From assembly GCA_004431415.1 (NCBI GenBank), contig QPMI01000564.1, forward strand, positions 124,001-188,000: 64,000 nt of DNA, read 5' to 3'. Position 1 is the first letter of the stretch, and each line of letters opens with the position of its first letter. The position numbers and the translations under genes were made by a program. Below the pieces are notes generated by a model. It saw only the letters and a program-made list of their open reading frames with translations. It was not told the DNA's origin and did not search any database. Positions 21,771 through 34,540 of this stretch are shown in pieces. The stretch comes from Cyanophora paradoxa CCMP329 (taxonomy: Eukaryota; Plantae; Glaucophyta).

Positions 21771-22874
21771 GGGGCGGGGCAGGGCGGGGCAGCGCGAGCT
21801 GCCGGGCGCACAGGAAACGTCGCGTCAGGCTCCTCGTGCGGCGGCGGCCCGTCCTCAGCCTCCTCGTGCAGCGGCGGCGCGGCCTCTGCGATCTGCAGAT
21901 CAGTAGCTGTCCGCCCGCAGCCGGCGTGCCCGTCCGTGCGCATTTAGCTAGCCCAGGCTGCAGGAGCCCGCTGTCTCAGAGTCTTGTTGACGCGTACGCC
22001 ACGGTCATGATCACAATTGCAAGCTTAAGGATATCGATTCACAAGGCCTGCGCATGCTGAAGCAGCAGCCCGCACCTACGTACTAGCAAGCAAGAGTACG
22101 CACGAAGAGCCTGCTCGGCGGCTCCGGTCCCTCGGCGAGCCGGCCGGAGCACTTAGGCCGCGGATGAGAACGTTTTTAACTTTGGCCACGCTCGGGACCG
22201 GGGGCAAAACCTCATAGCAAATTTTCTGCCGCGGCAAAGCCGTATCCGCGAAGAAACGAGAACATACTATGATAGTGACGGGCCTGCGTCATCCGGGGCT
22301 AGAAACGAGAACAGGTTCTTCCAGGGTCCTAGCTCGTACCTAAGAGCAGGCTCCCCCCCCCCCCCCCAATTTCTGCCGCGGCAAATAGAAACGAGAAGGC
22401 TCCAGGTGGCACCGTGGCAGGCGTCTGATTTCATGCGGGTACACGATCTCTTTCCAAGCCGGCATCTGAGCGCGCGAGATTTCGATTCATTGCTCAAGTG
22501 CATGGCCGGTACTGAGAATCTGAGATGGCCGGACCGGAATCCGCCGGCCGGCGGATCTGGAATCTCACGAAACGGTGAGGTAGCCAGAGCCTGAGAGGTA
22601 CGGTGTTTAGGGCACTGGCCGTCGCCGAGCCGAGTCAGACCCTCTGACCCTGAATACAGCCCTACCGTAATAGCTACTAGGCTAGTATAGCCTAGCGCTA
22701 CTCAGTACTAGTAATGTCGCCGTCTCAGAGTCTCCGAGCTCGAGGCTCTTGAGTCTTGCCTAGTAGATCGGCCCGGCGGTCGACGTCGACGTCGTCTTCC
22801 CGGAGTCCGCCGCGAAGTTCTAGATCTGCGGCCGCGACCGAACTTCGGAACGGGTCCCGCAGACAAACGAGCGC

Positions 22875-25800
22875 ATGTATACGTACGCGTCCAGCTGCAG
22901 CACAAAGCTGCTCGCAGCTGCAGCAGCGTTCCTGATCGTAACCAGCTTGCGCGTGCATGTGGTGTTTGGTGCGCCCACGCCGCAATCGGCAGATATCGAT
23001 GGAAGTGCTTCACCAGGGCCAGCTGCAGGATCCCCCCCCGAAATTGGTGCGCATCCTCTTGATCCGATGATCCAGCTAGGTTTCCGTTCTTCAGATTGAA
23101 ATCGTCTCCGCAGGTCGACGCCTTCTGCAAGACGGAGAGCAATCGATACCGCCGCTTGGGAGCGACCCCGAATACTGCGTGGGGCGTCCTTCTTGTGCGC
23201 TTTCCTGAAGCTTATACATGTACATGTGCTGCAGACTCACGATCATGATGATGTTGTTATCGATGCGCCTGTATATGATCTTAAGATCGATGCGCACGCA
23301 TAATCTGAACTTGGAAGTCCGACGGTCATAAATATTTATGCATGCGCATGATGCATGTATGGATCCCGCGCGCAGGGCCCGCGCTGACTAGCGGATCGTA
23401 TCAAGAAGGTCCGTTTATGTATACGGATACACATACTAAAGCTCTCAGATCTAGATGATCCATCTGACCATCGGATGTTGCTACCACGCTTGCAAAAATT
23501 GCAAACGTTAACGAGATGCATATTGCGCCAGCGCGCTATAGCTGACGCTCATCGTGGGATCATGCAGGCGTGGGCACCAACGCCTACATCATCTCCATAT
23601 CATGTGCGTCGCCCAGCCACGAGCCATGAGCGAGTCACTGAGTCAGCGGCTGCATGCGCGCGTGCGCAGCTCTCGCCCTCGTGGACGATTCGGACTCCGC
23701 GAGCGACCTCCTCGTCGGCACGAACGATTACATCTTCAGGTGCCTCAGCGAATTCGAACGTGATCGTGAATTCGAACGCCCGTGTGCACGCGGCTTCTAT
23801 AGCTAGATCTAGATCTAGATCTAGATCTAGATCTATATCTAGATCAATTTATAGCCTGGATTTTCCTCCCCTCGCCCCGCATGCACTGGCCTCGGCTGCC
23901 TAGCTTGCTGGGCCACGCGTACGTCACGAGAATAATGACGATGAATTCGAAATCAATAATCCCGATCAGGGTGAACGGGTCCTGTCACGCGAGCTTCGTC
24001 GCTGTGGGTGGAGCGACCGGCATGTCCCGGGGCCCTGGCCAGACAGTCTTTCTCACCCCCGTGCGCCGCGCCCGACCCCTAGCTGTAGATATCTGTATCT
24101 AGATCGATGTCTGTCCGACCCAGCTCATGCGGACGCCGCGCGCGCTTTGCAGGGTTTGGGAGAACCGGAGTTGCGCGTGCTTGACCTGGTGTCGGGATCC
24201 GTGACGACGCTCCCATATCCTCCGGGCCAGTATTCGACCTACAGCTCAAACCGTGGCGAACCCCGCTCTGTCGTGTACGTTCCGCAGCGGAACAAAATGT
24301 ACTACACCCGGACCGGGTATTCGATAAACAACGTAGACCAGCTCCCTCAAGTGTGGGAGTCGAACCCTGATGGTGAGTGCCTTCGAAACCTTATCCCTTT
24401 ATATTAGCTGTGTTGTAGCTGTAAGTTATACCGAACAAATTTCCGAAATGCAGGCTCAGACGCGCGAAACGTCTCTGTCATCGCACCGAACATCGCAGGA
24501 TATACTCGGCCCAGCTTGGACGGCCTCGCAGCGGACCCGTTCGACAGCGGCAAATTGTACACCGTCATGGGAGGCTTCATCTACGAGGTCCGCTCCCCCT
24601 CGCGATCAGATCTTAAGCCTCTCTTCCGCTCACTTTAATTTGATTATCTATCTGATCTTCAAGGACAGGTGGATGTTGACGCGAACACGTCCACGATATT
24701 CTGCCCCTCGTGCCCATTGTTTCACGGATTCAGTCTCACCATTCTGGCCAACGCCACAACGGGCTACTGGCGCCTCTTCGTCGGCAGCGATTCCTCTATT
24801 CGGGCAGTCAACCGGTCCGCACGCAATAGCAAGCGCATGCCTTCGCAATTCGTCCTAAGGCTCCAGTGGGATTCGAATTCGCTCACCGAGCTACACTTGC
24901 AGCTCAGGGTTTGAAATGAGCGACGAAGCCATTCCTCCCCCGTGAGCTTGAGATTCGAGTTTTCTGCATAGGCCTGATCGCAATTGAAACCACCCTGATC
25001 ATGAGCAGTCTCGATTCGGGCGCCAGCGGCGCCTCCTATGGTCTGGCTGCGAAATGGGGCGTGCTCTACGCCGTCTACGGCAGTGCGCGCCTCAAGTTTC
25101 GCTTGTGCCGCGCGTGCCGGTCCCCGCGGCCGCTGCTGGCATTTCTATTCGAAGTCTCGTCGACGTCCATCTCCAGCTAAGAGGCTCGGTTGCACGTGCA
25201 GGGTACATAATCTATGCGCACCGGATACCCCGACAGAGGCCGACGAATCCTACCGATATCAATGCGCCCGACGGCGGCTCTGGCGGATCCGAGTCAACAT
25301 CTCCGCCCAAATGCTACCCCCCGCCACAAGATACCACCCTCACCACGAAATACCGGGTCCGCACTTGCACCTTGCATTTGAACTCGCCATATCGCTCATG
25401 ATCACATGTGCATGCATATGTGCAGATCGCCTGCCCGCCGAATGTTACTATCTCGCGGGTGGAGCCCATCGAAGTTTCAGTCGGAAGCGAAGTCAAGCGC
25501 CTCTGCGGCGCGCGCATGCCCGATCTGCGCTTCCTCATTCAGGGTGCCAATCAGCCCCGCTTCAATTGCAATTTTGATTTGATTCTCTTCGCGTCTTGCG
25601 GCCCGATCTCATGCGCACGTGCAGGCAACTGGTCAGACTGGCGCATGAACATGACGCAGCAACCAAAGGCGGGAAGCTTTGTGCCAATGTCTCTTCGCCC
25701 GAACGAGGCACCGACGACCCCGGAGTGGATCGCTGCCGGCTATGACCAGCCGGCCGCCGATGGGATCCTGGTCAGCATCACCGTCGACAACCCGACAGAC

Positions 25801-27139
25801 GCGGTGAGCTTAGCTAGCAGAAGATGCACGAAGGCGACCGGCGCCTTAAGAATCGACTGTTGACCCATCTCTTCAGGGTCCAGAGGGCAGCTGCTCGTTT
25901 AACCTCTATGTCCGAGAAGCCGGCCCGCCGCTCTGCCCGGGAGTGTGCCCCCAACCCGTGCTGGCGCTGCCCATCGACCCGGCAACCTGCTCCGTCAACG
26001 TACCGGACCTGCATGCGAATCTGACGCTGCTGACGCCGGACTGCATCCCGCCGCGGCCCCTCGACGCCAGCAGCTACGAGGTCGTGCAAGCGCGGGGCGG
26101 CGCGATGGAACCGCTGGCCGTCGGGAGGTGGGACGTCGCCGGCCCGCCGCCGCACGTCAAGGAGGCCCGCATCCGCCACCGCGACTTCCCCGACGGCCCG
26201 TCCTGTTCCGTTCGTGTCGTGGTGCGGGCTTTAATAATAATTTCTGATTCATGCATAAAATTTCGTGTGTGCACGTTCAACCAATGAACCGCCGCGACCG
26301 GGACTGGGTTTTCTAGATCTTTGCAATGCGCTATATAACGAATTAACCGTCGGGGCTGTCGCAGGCCTACGTCCCGCGGGAGCCACCGGTCTCGTGGGTT
26401 TCTTGGCAAGACGAGAACGCCGATGCTCGCGCCTCGTCGGCGATCTCTGCCCTGGGGCCCGACCCGCAGCCCGCCGACTGGGCCCGTCATTTCCAGGCCA
26501 CGTGCGACCTTTAGCTTGAGCTTTTTATGCATGCTGAAGCCTCGGAAGCATAAGCTGCGTGTGCAGGGTCAGCGGCCCCTGCTCGACCACGCCCGTCCTG
26601 CTGCAGCACTGCGAGTCCCGCGTGCGCGTCGAAATGAACCCGAAGCTCGGGCTGGCGGGCCCCGACGTGGACGCGTCGGGCAACCTGACCTCCGGGGCGA
26701 CGCCGGGGAGGCGCGCCTGGTCCCTGGCGATGGGCTCCGAGGCCGCCCCGTCCTCCATCACCGCCCTCTTCAGCCGAGAGGTCCCCGACGCCTACCTCTC
26801 CGATTTCCCCGAGTGCGCTCGCACCTGCTTCGTCGTGCCCTGATTCGAGTCCGCGTCGCCGGATCATGACTCGGCGCGCAGCATCGCCCCCGGCGAGGTG
26901 CTCCGCGCCTACCACATCGGGCTTGCATGTGCGGCTGCTGCCCCTGCACATGCCAAATGCAGTGATAGCTGTTGACAAAATGCTCGCCAGCGCTTACATT
27001 AGACACCTTATTAATATTCGCATGCGCAGGCACCTTCAACAAGGGGCTCCCGCCGTTTGAGGGGCACAAGATCGCCAAGATCTCGCTTGCCCCCGTCCGT
27101 GTCGAGATCCGCAAGCCGGCCCCGCAGCTGCAGCAGTAG
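22875..27139 (+). CDS. putative secreted protein: signal peptide, beta-propeller-like region and Cys-spaced HYR/Ig-like modules
   Basis: Hydrophobic N-terminus KLLAAAAAFLIVTSLRVHVVFGAP and GRRLLQ motif; propeller-type segments LRVLDLVSGSVTTL, PRSVVYVPQRNKMYYT, VWESNPDGS, DGLAADPFDSGKLY; IACPPNVTI...MPDL and CPQPVLALPIDPATCSVNVPDL repeats. A TGA at 26841-26843 is either the true end or an indel. Confidence 0.6.
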
Positions 27140-27595
27140 CCGGTGCATCCGACCTTCGGACGTCGACCTCGCCTAGGCGTTCGAATTCCCGTCTATAGCT
27201 ATAGCTTTAGGTGTAGCGCCGACCATGCATATGAGCCGGACCGGAGGAGCTGCGCATGCATGAGCCGACCGGAACTCGCGATCGAGTATCTGAGCACATG
27301 TACAGTCGAAACTCGAGCAGCCGCGGCCAGGGGGCGATTTCGGATTCGAAGCCCCTCCGCAACATGCACACGCGCAGTCTATGTAGCAAGTGCCGGTCAC
27401 GCGAATTGAACTAATTGCGTTCTGAGATAGCCACCCCTATATATCTCACCCCCGGGGGCCCCCAGTGAATATTGGGGCTGCTTCCCCACCCCTTTCCCTT
27501 GGCGGCAGCGCGCCGGGTACAGCCCGTGTACCCCACGTCGATTCATACTAGTATCGGGGTACACGCGGGGCGCCCCTCCCCTGGGGCCCCCGCAG

Positions 27596-30500
27596 CTACG
27601 CCGAGCCGAACTGCGTGGGGCGCTGGGAGGCCCCCTGGGCCTGGGCCCCGGCGCCTCCCGCCGAGCGCTGCCCGAAGGAGCGCATCGGCTCGTCGCACCA
27701 GTTGGTGAACTTGAAATTGTCGCAGGTCGCCGTCCTGACCGCGGGCGTGGGCGTAAGGGCGCGGGAGGGGGGTGTGTGGGGGGGGGGGGGGGGGGGGGTA
27801 GGGCGCACGGGCAGGCCCAGTACTTGCGGCCCTTGTTCTTCTCCGTGGACGACGTCCTCTCCACGAGGGGTACCGCGCACTTCGGGCACGGCGGGCCCGT
27901 GCCGGCCGGCTGCTGCTGCGGCGGGGGCGCCCGGGGCCGCGCCCCCGCCCCGCTCTTGGGCGCCGCCCGAATGACGTTCTCCTTCTCGGCAGCGAGGTTC
28001 TGCGGGGCGCGCCGCCCGGCCCAAAGTCAGGCCGACGTCGACGAAGAGGGGTACGCCGCACGCACGGCCATCTGCTGCTCGTACTCGGCGGCGTGGTTCT
28101 CCCTCAGGTACCGGTCCAGGGCCTCGTGCGGCCGCCTGCCCGGCCTGCCCGGCGGGGAATGAGGCGCGGGGGGGTACGGGGATCGAGCCCGCGCCCGCGC
28201 ACTCGCGCCGCTGGCAGCCGGGGCACTTCCGGACGCCCTTCGTGTAGCAGCTCAGGCAGATGATGAAGCCGCAGCAGTTGAGCTCCTGCGCGCGGGTCAG
28301 GCGGGGGCGCCAGGGCGGGCGGGCGGCGGCGTGGCGGCGGGAGGCTCGCACGTAGGGCCCGAACATGGGGCGGGAGTTGTGCTGCGTCGCGCACGCGAGG
28401 CAGGTGAGCCTCGGCCCCAGCCTCGTGAACATCGACTCCTGCCCCGGCTGGGCCGGCGCCGACCCCGGGACTGCCCCCGGGGCCCCCGGGGCGCCGCCCG
28501 CCGCTGCCGGCCGCCGCGCTGGCGCGGGACCGCGGGCCGCCGCTGCGGGGCCGGCGCCGGCGCCGACGCGCGCTGCCGCTTGGCGGGGGGAGCCGCTTCG
28601 AAGGCACCCTCGCCATCCCCCGCGTCCGCCATCTGCGCCGGAGGTCTGAGGGGGGTACGAGGCTTCTCCGGGGGTACGGGCGGGCACCTCGACGTCGTTC
28701 TCCTGGACCTCCTCCTCGCTGTCGCTGCTCTCGGCGCCCTGCGAGGCGAACGTTCGCTTCAGCTCCCGGGAGGGGTACTTGGAGGGCGGGGGCGGGGGGG
28801 GGGGGTACGCGGGGCGCACGGCCTCGAGGCCCTCGGCTTCCTTGGCGGCCTGCTCCGCGGCCTTCACAGCGGCCTCGTCCCCGAGCCGCCTGTACCCCTC
28901 CTGCAGCAGCCAGCGGCCGCGCCGGCGCGCCTCCTGCGCTGGCGCTCGAGCGGGAGGGGGGTGCGGGGTCGGGGGGTACGCGGACCACGAGGCGGTACTG
29001 GCGGGCGAGGGGGCCCCGGAAGGGCCGCGCCTCCCGCGCGTTCTCATCGTAAAGCACCTGAGCGGGGTTGAGCGCGGCAGCGGGCGGGGCCGTGGGCAGC
29101 CGGGGCGCGCCTTCTCGATTCGCCCGAGGCAGGAGCGGAGCGTGTCGAGGAGCTGCGGCGCCGGCGTGGGCGGGGGCCGGCCGGGGCGGGAGGGGGGTAC
29201 AGGAATGCCGACCTTCTCGCCGTTCCAGGCCTCCACGGGAAGCGCCCCGGGGTCTACGGGGGGCTGCCCGCGGTCGCGCGCCTCCGAGAGGATCACGCGC
29301 GCGTCCACTGCGGTGAAAATTGGAGGGGATACGGAAGGCGGGGGGACACGCGGGGGCCCACCGGCGGTGAGGCGGCAGAGGTCGCGGAGGAGCGCGGCCT
29401 CCTGTACTCCCCCGTCGCCCTCCTCGCCGCCGGGGGCAGCGGCGGCCTCCTCCGCCTCGGGCCAGGCCGCCCGCAGCTCCGCCTCGGCCCTCTCGCGCTC
29501 GGCGGGGGTACAGAATTCGCCCCGGAGCTGGCGCGCGATCGCCACGCGGAGCCGCGCGAGATTCGCTTGAGCGCGCAGCAGCTCCAGCCTGCCGCCCGCG
29601 TCGGCGGCCGCCCCGGGGCGGGCGGGGCGGGGCGGGGGCCCGCGCACGGGGGTACGGCGTTGCCCGCCTTCCGCGCCTCCCGCGCGTGCTTGAGAGCCTC
29701 GATGAGGCCCGCGCAGGCGCTCTGGGCGGGCCGTGAGACGGGAGCCGCGCGGGGGGCGGTGTCGGCGGGGGGTACGCGCCTGCTCGTCGCGGATGGCGGG
29801 GCCGGCGAGGACGACGCAGCGGGCGTGGTACCCCCGGAAGGCGTCGACCCCGCGGAGATCGGGCGTGATGCGGACTTGGAGAAGGGACCGCAGGGCCTCC
29901 ATGAAGCGCTGGGCATGGCGCGCCTCCTTGTCCGTCAGGCCCGCACGCGTCTTCTCCCGGTCCGCCAGCACCGCCCTGGGGGGTACGCGGTGAGAAGGGG
30001 AGGCGGGGAGGGGCGGGGACGGGGTACGCGCGCACTGGAGGGCGTTGCGGGCCTCCGGGTACCGGTGCCCGAGGGCGAGGGCGCGGGCGCGGAGGTACGC
30101 GGCCCGCTGGGCCGCGGCCACGTACCCCACCCCGGCCGCCTCCTTGCACAGGGCCTCCAGGTCCTTGGCCAGCCTGGCCCAAGCGCGTAAATGGCGTACC
30201 CCCAGCGTCTTCCCTTGGGGGGTAGAACGCACTGGTGCGCCTCCTCCTCGCGCTTCTTCGCCTTGCCGACGCCGAGGGTGCCTCGCTCTGCGGCGGGCCG
30301 GCTGAGCGGCACGCCGGGCGCCGCGCGCGCTCGCGCGGGGACGCGAGGGTGCGCACGGCCGTAGCGGATGCGCGCGTCGGCGATTTGCAGGCGGAGGTCG
30401 ATGCGGGCGCGCGCCGCTTTCGGGCCCTGTACCCCGCTCTCCAGCAGCTGCGCCCGCACCGCCGCCGGTCAGCGCCGGGATCCAGCCGGGGCCGGGGCGG

Positions 30501-33500
30501 GGGCGAGGGCAGCGCGCCTCTCTCAGGGACTTCTCCATGGCGGCGACGGCGTGGTCCAGCATCGGACGGATGCGCTCGAGCTCCTCCCGGCCCCTCCGCG
30601 CCGAGCGCCGGATCACCAGCACCTCGCACATCTGCGCCCCGCGCGCCCGCGCGTCGGCGGCTGGGGCGGGAAGGGACGGCCCGGCCCCGCTGACCCCGCG
30701 GGTGATGGCGACGCGCGCGGTGTGGAGGGCGCGGGCGGCCGGCGCCAGGGCGCTCGCCGTCCCCTCGCTCTTGTCGAGGAGCTCGCGCGCCTTGTCGCGC
30801 GCCGCCAGCACGACCGAGGCCTTCCCGCGCTTGCTCCGAACGTGGCTCTGCGGCGCGGCGGCAGGCACTCCTCAATCAGCGGCGGCGCCGGCGGCCCCGC
30901 GCGGCGGCGGCGGCGGCGGCGGGCGGCGCGCCTCGGCCTGCCGGCGGAGCGCGTCGGCCAGGTTCTCCAGGTCGCCGGCCGTCTCGAACTTGTCGGCGGC
31001 CCTCTTCCAGTGCGCCGCCGCGCGGTCGTGCCGCCCCTGCGCCGCCCGCTTGCGGCCCCACGCCGCCCGCCTTGTCGCCTGCGCGCGCCCCCGCTCAGCG
31101 CGGAGCGGGGCGCGAGCGGTGCGCGAGGGGTACACGCGCCCCGAGCTCCTCGCCCTCGCCCTCCTCGGAGCTGCCGCCGCCGGCGGCCTCGTCCTTCCAC
31201 AGGTCCGCCTCGAGGCGCGCGCGCTGCTCACGGGCCCGCTCCCGCTCCTCCAGGTCCATCGCCTCGTCGTCCCCCTCCTCCCCCGTCCACTCCTTCCGCC
31301 CGAAGATCCGCTCGCTGCCGCCCCGCGTCGCCCGCGGGAGGCCGGCGGCGAGCGGCGGGCCGGGGTCCGCACCTGTCGCCGTCCGTGCCACGCTCGGGCA
31401 GGTTCCGCGGCGCCCGCCGCCGCTTCGGGCGCTCCTCCGCCTCGGCCGCCCTGCGCCGGCCCGGGCTGGTCGGGCGCAACCGGGCAGCCGGCCGCGGGAT
31501 CGGAGCCGGCACCTGGCGAGGTCCGCCTCCCGCTTGGTGATGCGCTCCTGGGCCGCCGCGAGCCGCGCCTCCGCATTCTGGACCTGGCGGGGCGCGTCAG
31601 CGCGAGCGGGGAAGCAGCCGCGGGGCAGGGGGAGGGGGAGGACGGAGGCGGAGGGGTACGTGCCCTGCGAAGCGCGTGGGCCTCCGTAGCTTCGATCTCG
31701 GCCGTGCCGCGGTTGGGATCCAAGAACGCCAGCTGGTACGCCTCGAGCGCGTCCGCCTGTACCCCCGCTCAGCTCAGGGGTACGGCGTCGCAAGGACGGG
31801 GGGTAGGGGCGCCTCGAGCCGGTCGTCGTTGAGGGAGAGGGCGTCGTAGATTCGGATGCACTCCTCCGCCCTCAGCAGGACCGGGACCTTCGGGGTACAG
31901 GTGAGCGAGGGGCGCCTGGGGTACAGGTGAGCGGGGCGGGGACGGCGGGTCCCACCTGCCAGTAGAGCTCCGAGGGGGCGCGGGCCGCGGCGACCGCGGC
32001 GGCCGCGAGGCCGTATGCGCGGGCCGCCTCCAGCCCGGAGGCCTCCGCGTACCCCTCCACGCGCCCCGCCGCCTCGGACAGGTCCCCAACCTCGCCCGCC
32101 GCGGCGCGGCGGAAGGAGAGCACAGCGGCGGCGCAGCGAAGGGCCGCCGCACGGCGCGCCCGCGCCTCGCCGCCGTCGGCCTCGTGGCCGGCCTCCGGCG
32201 CCTCCTCCTCCGCCTCCAGGAGGCCGTCCGCGTCGCGCTCCAGGCGCCGCTCGAAGCCCTCCGCCTCGCCGTCCGCCGCCTGCGCCCGGCCGCCCGGCCG
32301 GCCTGAGCGCCCCGGCGAGGCGGTGAACAAGGGGCGGCGCACGTCGGCGACGAGGTACGGCAGGAGCCGCTCGATGCGCTCCAGGGTCAGGACCAGGTCC
32401 CGCAAGCGGGGGCCGCCCTGCGCCCCGTACGCCGCCCGCGCCTCCCGCCACCGCAGGCGCGCCGCATCCGCCTTCTCGCGCAGGAGGCGCGCCTACGGCA
32501 GAGGCGGGGGCGGCGGCGTCAGAGGCGAAAAAGCGCGCGGGGGCCGGGCCGGGCCGGGCCGGCGGGGCGCACGGAGAGCCTTGCGTCGGGCGGGGCGGAG
32601 ACGAGGAGGGTGTCGACGCGGCGGGCGGCCGCCGTCGCCTCCTCGAACTGGAGGCACCGCACCCGCGCGCCGCACGCCAGCTCGAAGACCTGCGCCGCCC
32701 GGACCTTACCCTCGCCCTGCGGCCCCGGCGGCGAGCCGTGAGCGGCGCCGCGGGCAACGGGCGGGGCGGGGAGGGGCGGGGCGCGCCGGGCAGAGGACGA
32801 GGACCTCGGCCGCGTTCTCGAAGTGGATGGCGGCCTTCTGCTGGAGGTCGCGGTCCGCCTGGCCGCCGGGGCCGGCCGCCGCGGCCGCCTCCGCGAAGGC
32901 GGCCGCCGCGTCCCGGTTCATCTCGGCGACGGCCGCCTGGTACGCCTCCCGCGCCGCCGCCGAGCCCTGCGCCGTGCCCCGCTCCGACGCGTCGTTCAGC
33001 AGCTGCGCCGGGGCGGGCCTCGTCGGCGGGGCGCGCGGGCGGATCGCGGGGCGGAGGGGGGCGCGGACGTTCAGGAGCATGTCGTAGAGGTTGAGGGCAC
33101 GCGGCGTGTCCTCCTGCGCGGCGCGGCGCGGGTGAGCGGGGCGCGCGTCGGGGCCGCGGGGCGGCGCGCGCTGCTCCAAGGTGGGGCGGCGCGCCAGCTC
33201 GAGGATGTGCAGGCCGACGACGACCTTGCCGGCGATCGCGTCCAGCTCCCGCGCCTTGGCGTCCTCGTCCAGCAGCGCCGCGCGCTTCTTGCCGCCGGCG
33301 CCCTTCTCCTGCTCCGCGTTGTGCTTCGCCGCCTCCGCCGCGGGCCTCACAGCGCCCCGCAGCTCCAGCGCCTCTCGCAGGCGGCACGCGGCCTCCTCCG
33401 GCCGACCCAGACGCACGAGCGCGCGGTGGATGTTGTAGAGCGCCTGCCGAGCGATTTCCGACCGGGGGCGGGCGGGCGGCCGGGCGGGCGAAGGCTCGCG

Positions 33501-34062
33501 GCGCACCTTCATCTGCTCCAGGTTTGAGTCGGCCCTGAACGCCGCGTCGAGCTCGTTCTCGTAGTGCCGGAGCGCGCTCCTGAAGTCTTCGAGCTCTGCA
33601 CCGCATGCGCGTGAGCCGAATTCAAGAGCGGGCGCCAAGGGGGTGCCGCGCGACTGCTCCCCGCGCACCGAACGTGCAGCTGCCCTGCGGGTTGGCCGCG
33701 AACGTGCATCAGCGACGCGACGCGGTCCGTGCACTGCCGTCGCACCAGCTTCTCGTGGGTGTAACCCGTAAAGATCGGGCCGCGCTTCTCGGCATACTTC
33801 AGCTCTTCCCGGTGCCGCTCAATCGCCTTCTTGAGGAGCTTCTGCCGATTCTTCTCGTCGTCGAACGCGAGCGCGTGCTCGGCGTAGAGGCGGCCGAGCT
33901 GCTGCAGGTTTGATTCGACTGCGCATGCAGCGTGCTCGCGTGAGGCAAGGGGCGCGATGGCGACGCGCAGACTCGAAGCGCACTGTCGTATTCGTCCTCG
34001 TTCTTGCGCGCCTGCTCCAGCGCCTCCAGCGTGCTCCGGATCGCATGGTCGTACTCCGCCAT
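27596..34062 (-). CDS. TPR-repeat protein with C-terminal RING-like and GRF-type zinc fingers
   Basis: Many TPR-like helices (YDHAIRSTLEALEQAR, LQQLGRLYAEH, ALYNIHRALVRLG, AAIHFENAAE). RING-like CLAC...CCGFIICLSC...KCPGC. GRF-like PPCPKCAVPLVERTSSTEKNKGRKYWACP|TATCDNFKFTNWCDEP. Stop at 27596-27598. Further exons up to about 34500 are possible. Confidence 0.75.
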
Positions 34063-34540
34063 GCTCGCGGGGCGATAGGCGGCGCTGCGCTGCGCTCTGC
34101 CGCACTGCTACTGCACTGCCGCGCTCTTCGCCCGCTCGCCCGCCGTCGAAATTCAAACTTCGAATTCGCGCCACAGAGGGTACCAAGTTCACCGCCCCTC
34201 GGAATCAAGAGTTCGGATCCCCCCAAACCCACTTACCAAACGCGTCCGCGAGAACGAGATGAGCTAGCGACCCAGAAGCTGCAGCGTTAGCTAGGCGGGT
34301 TGTCACAGTTGAGCAGAAATGTCGGGCTACTCCGGCGGGCTCCTGGATGACGAGGAGCAGATAAGCAGCCTGCCCGACATCCACGCAGGCCGCCCGTCCT
34401 GTGCGCAGCTTCAGCGCAGGGCGAGCCTTCCGCAGCTCGCGCGCTTACCCGCCCCGCCCCCGCAGCGAACTCGCTGAAGAAAGCTTCCTCCTCGCCCCTC
34501 TTCAAGAATGCCGTGGTGCCTAGCCGCGCGGCGCTTAGCT

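Larger units (their letters stand above)
15580..21943 (-). pseudogene. large multi-exon orphan gene, apparently frameshifted, with tandemly duplicated N-terminal exons
   Basis: Protein-like exons (VPVDLKDLELLLREPTSKRALL, RFEDVEDWLAERAKKFYNF, RRLMAAFERLAEAAITYEMD, FQKWFTHENQALVLLLMELAEHE, LYAIESRFILHLERAVNIY, VALVHLADILARLVCEVLDKK...ELNSNA*) separated by C-run introns. Frame switches are needed near 17240 and 16630. No recognisable domain; start uncertain. Confidence 0.55.

Noticed and set aside
22150-22420. Short duplicated words (TTTCTGCCGCGGCAAA, AGAAACGAGAA) as the boundary of a large element
   Set aside because: No matching opposite end identified.
27596-34062. Gene symbol TONSL/TSK
   Set aside because: No leucine-rich or ankyrin repeats seen; the TPR resemblance alone is insufficient.
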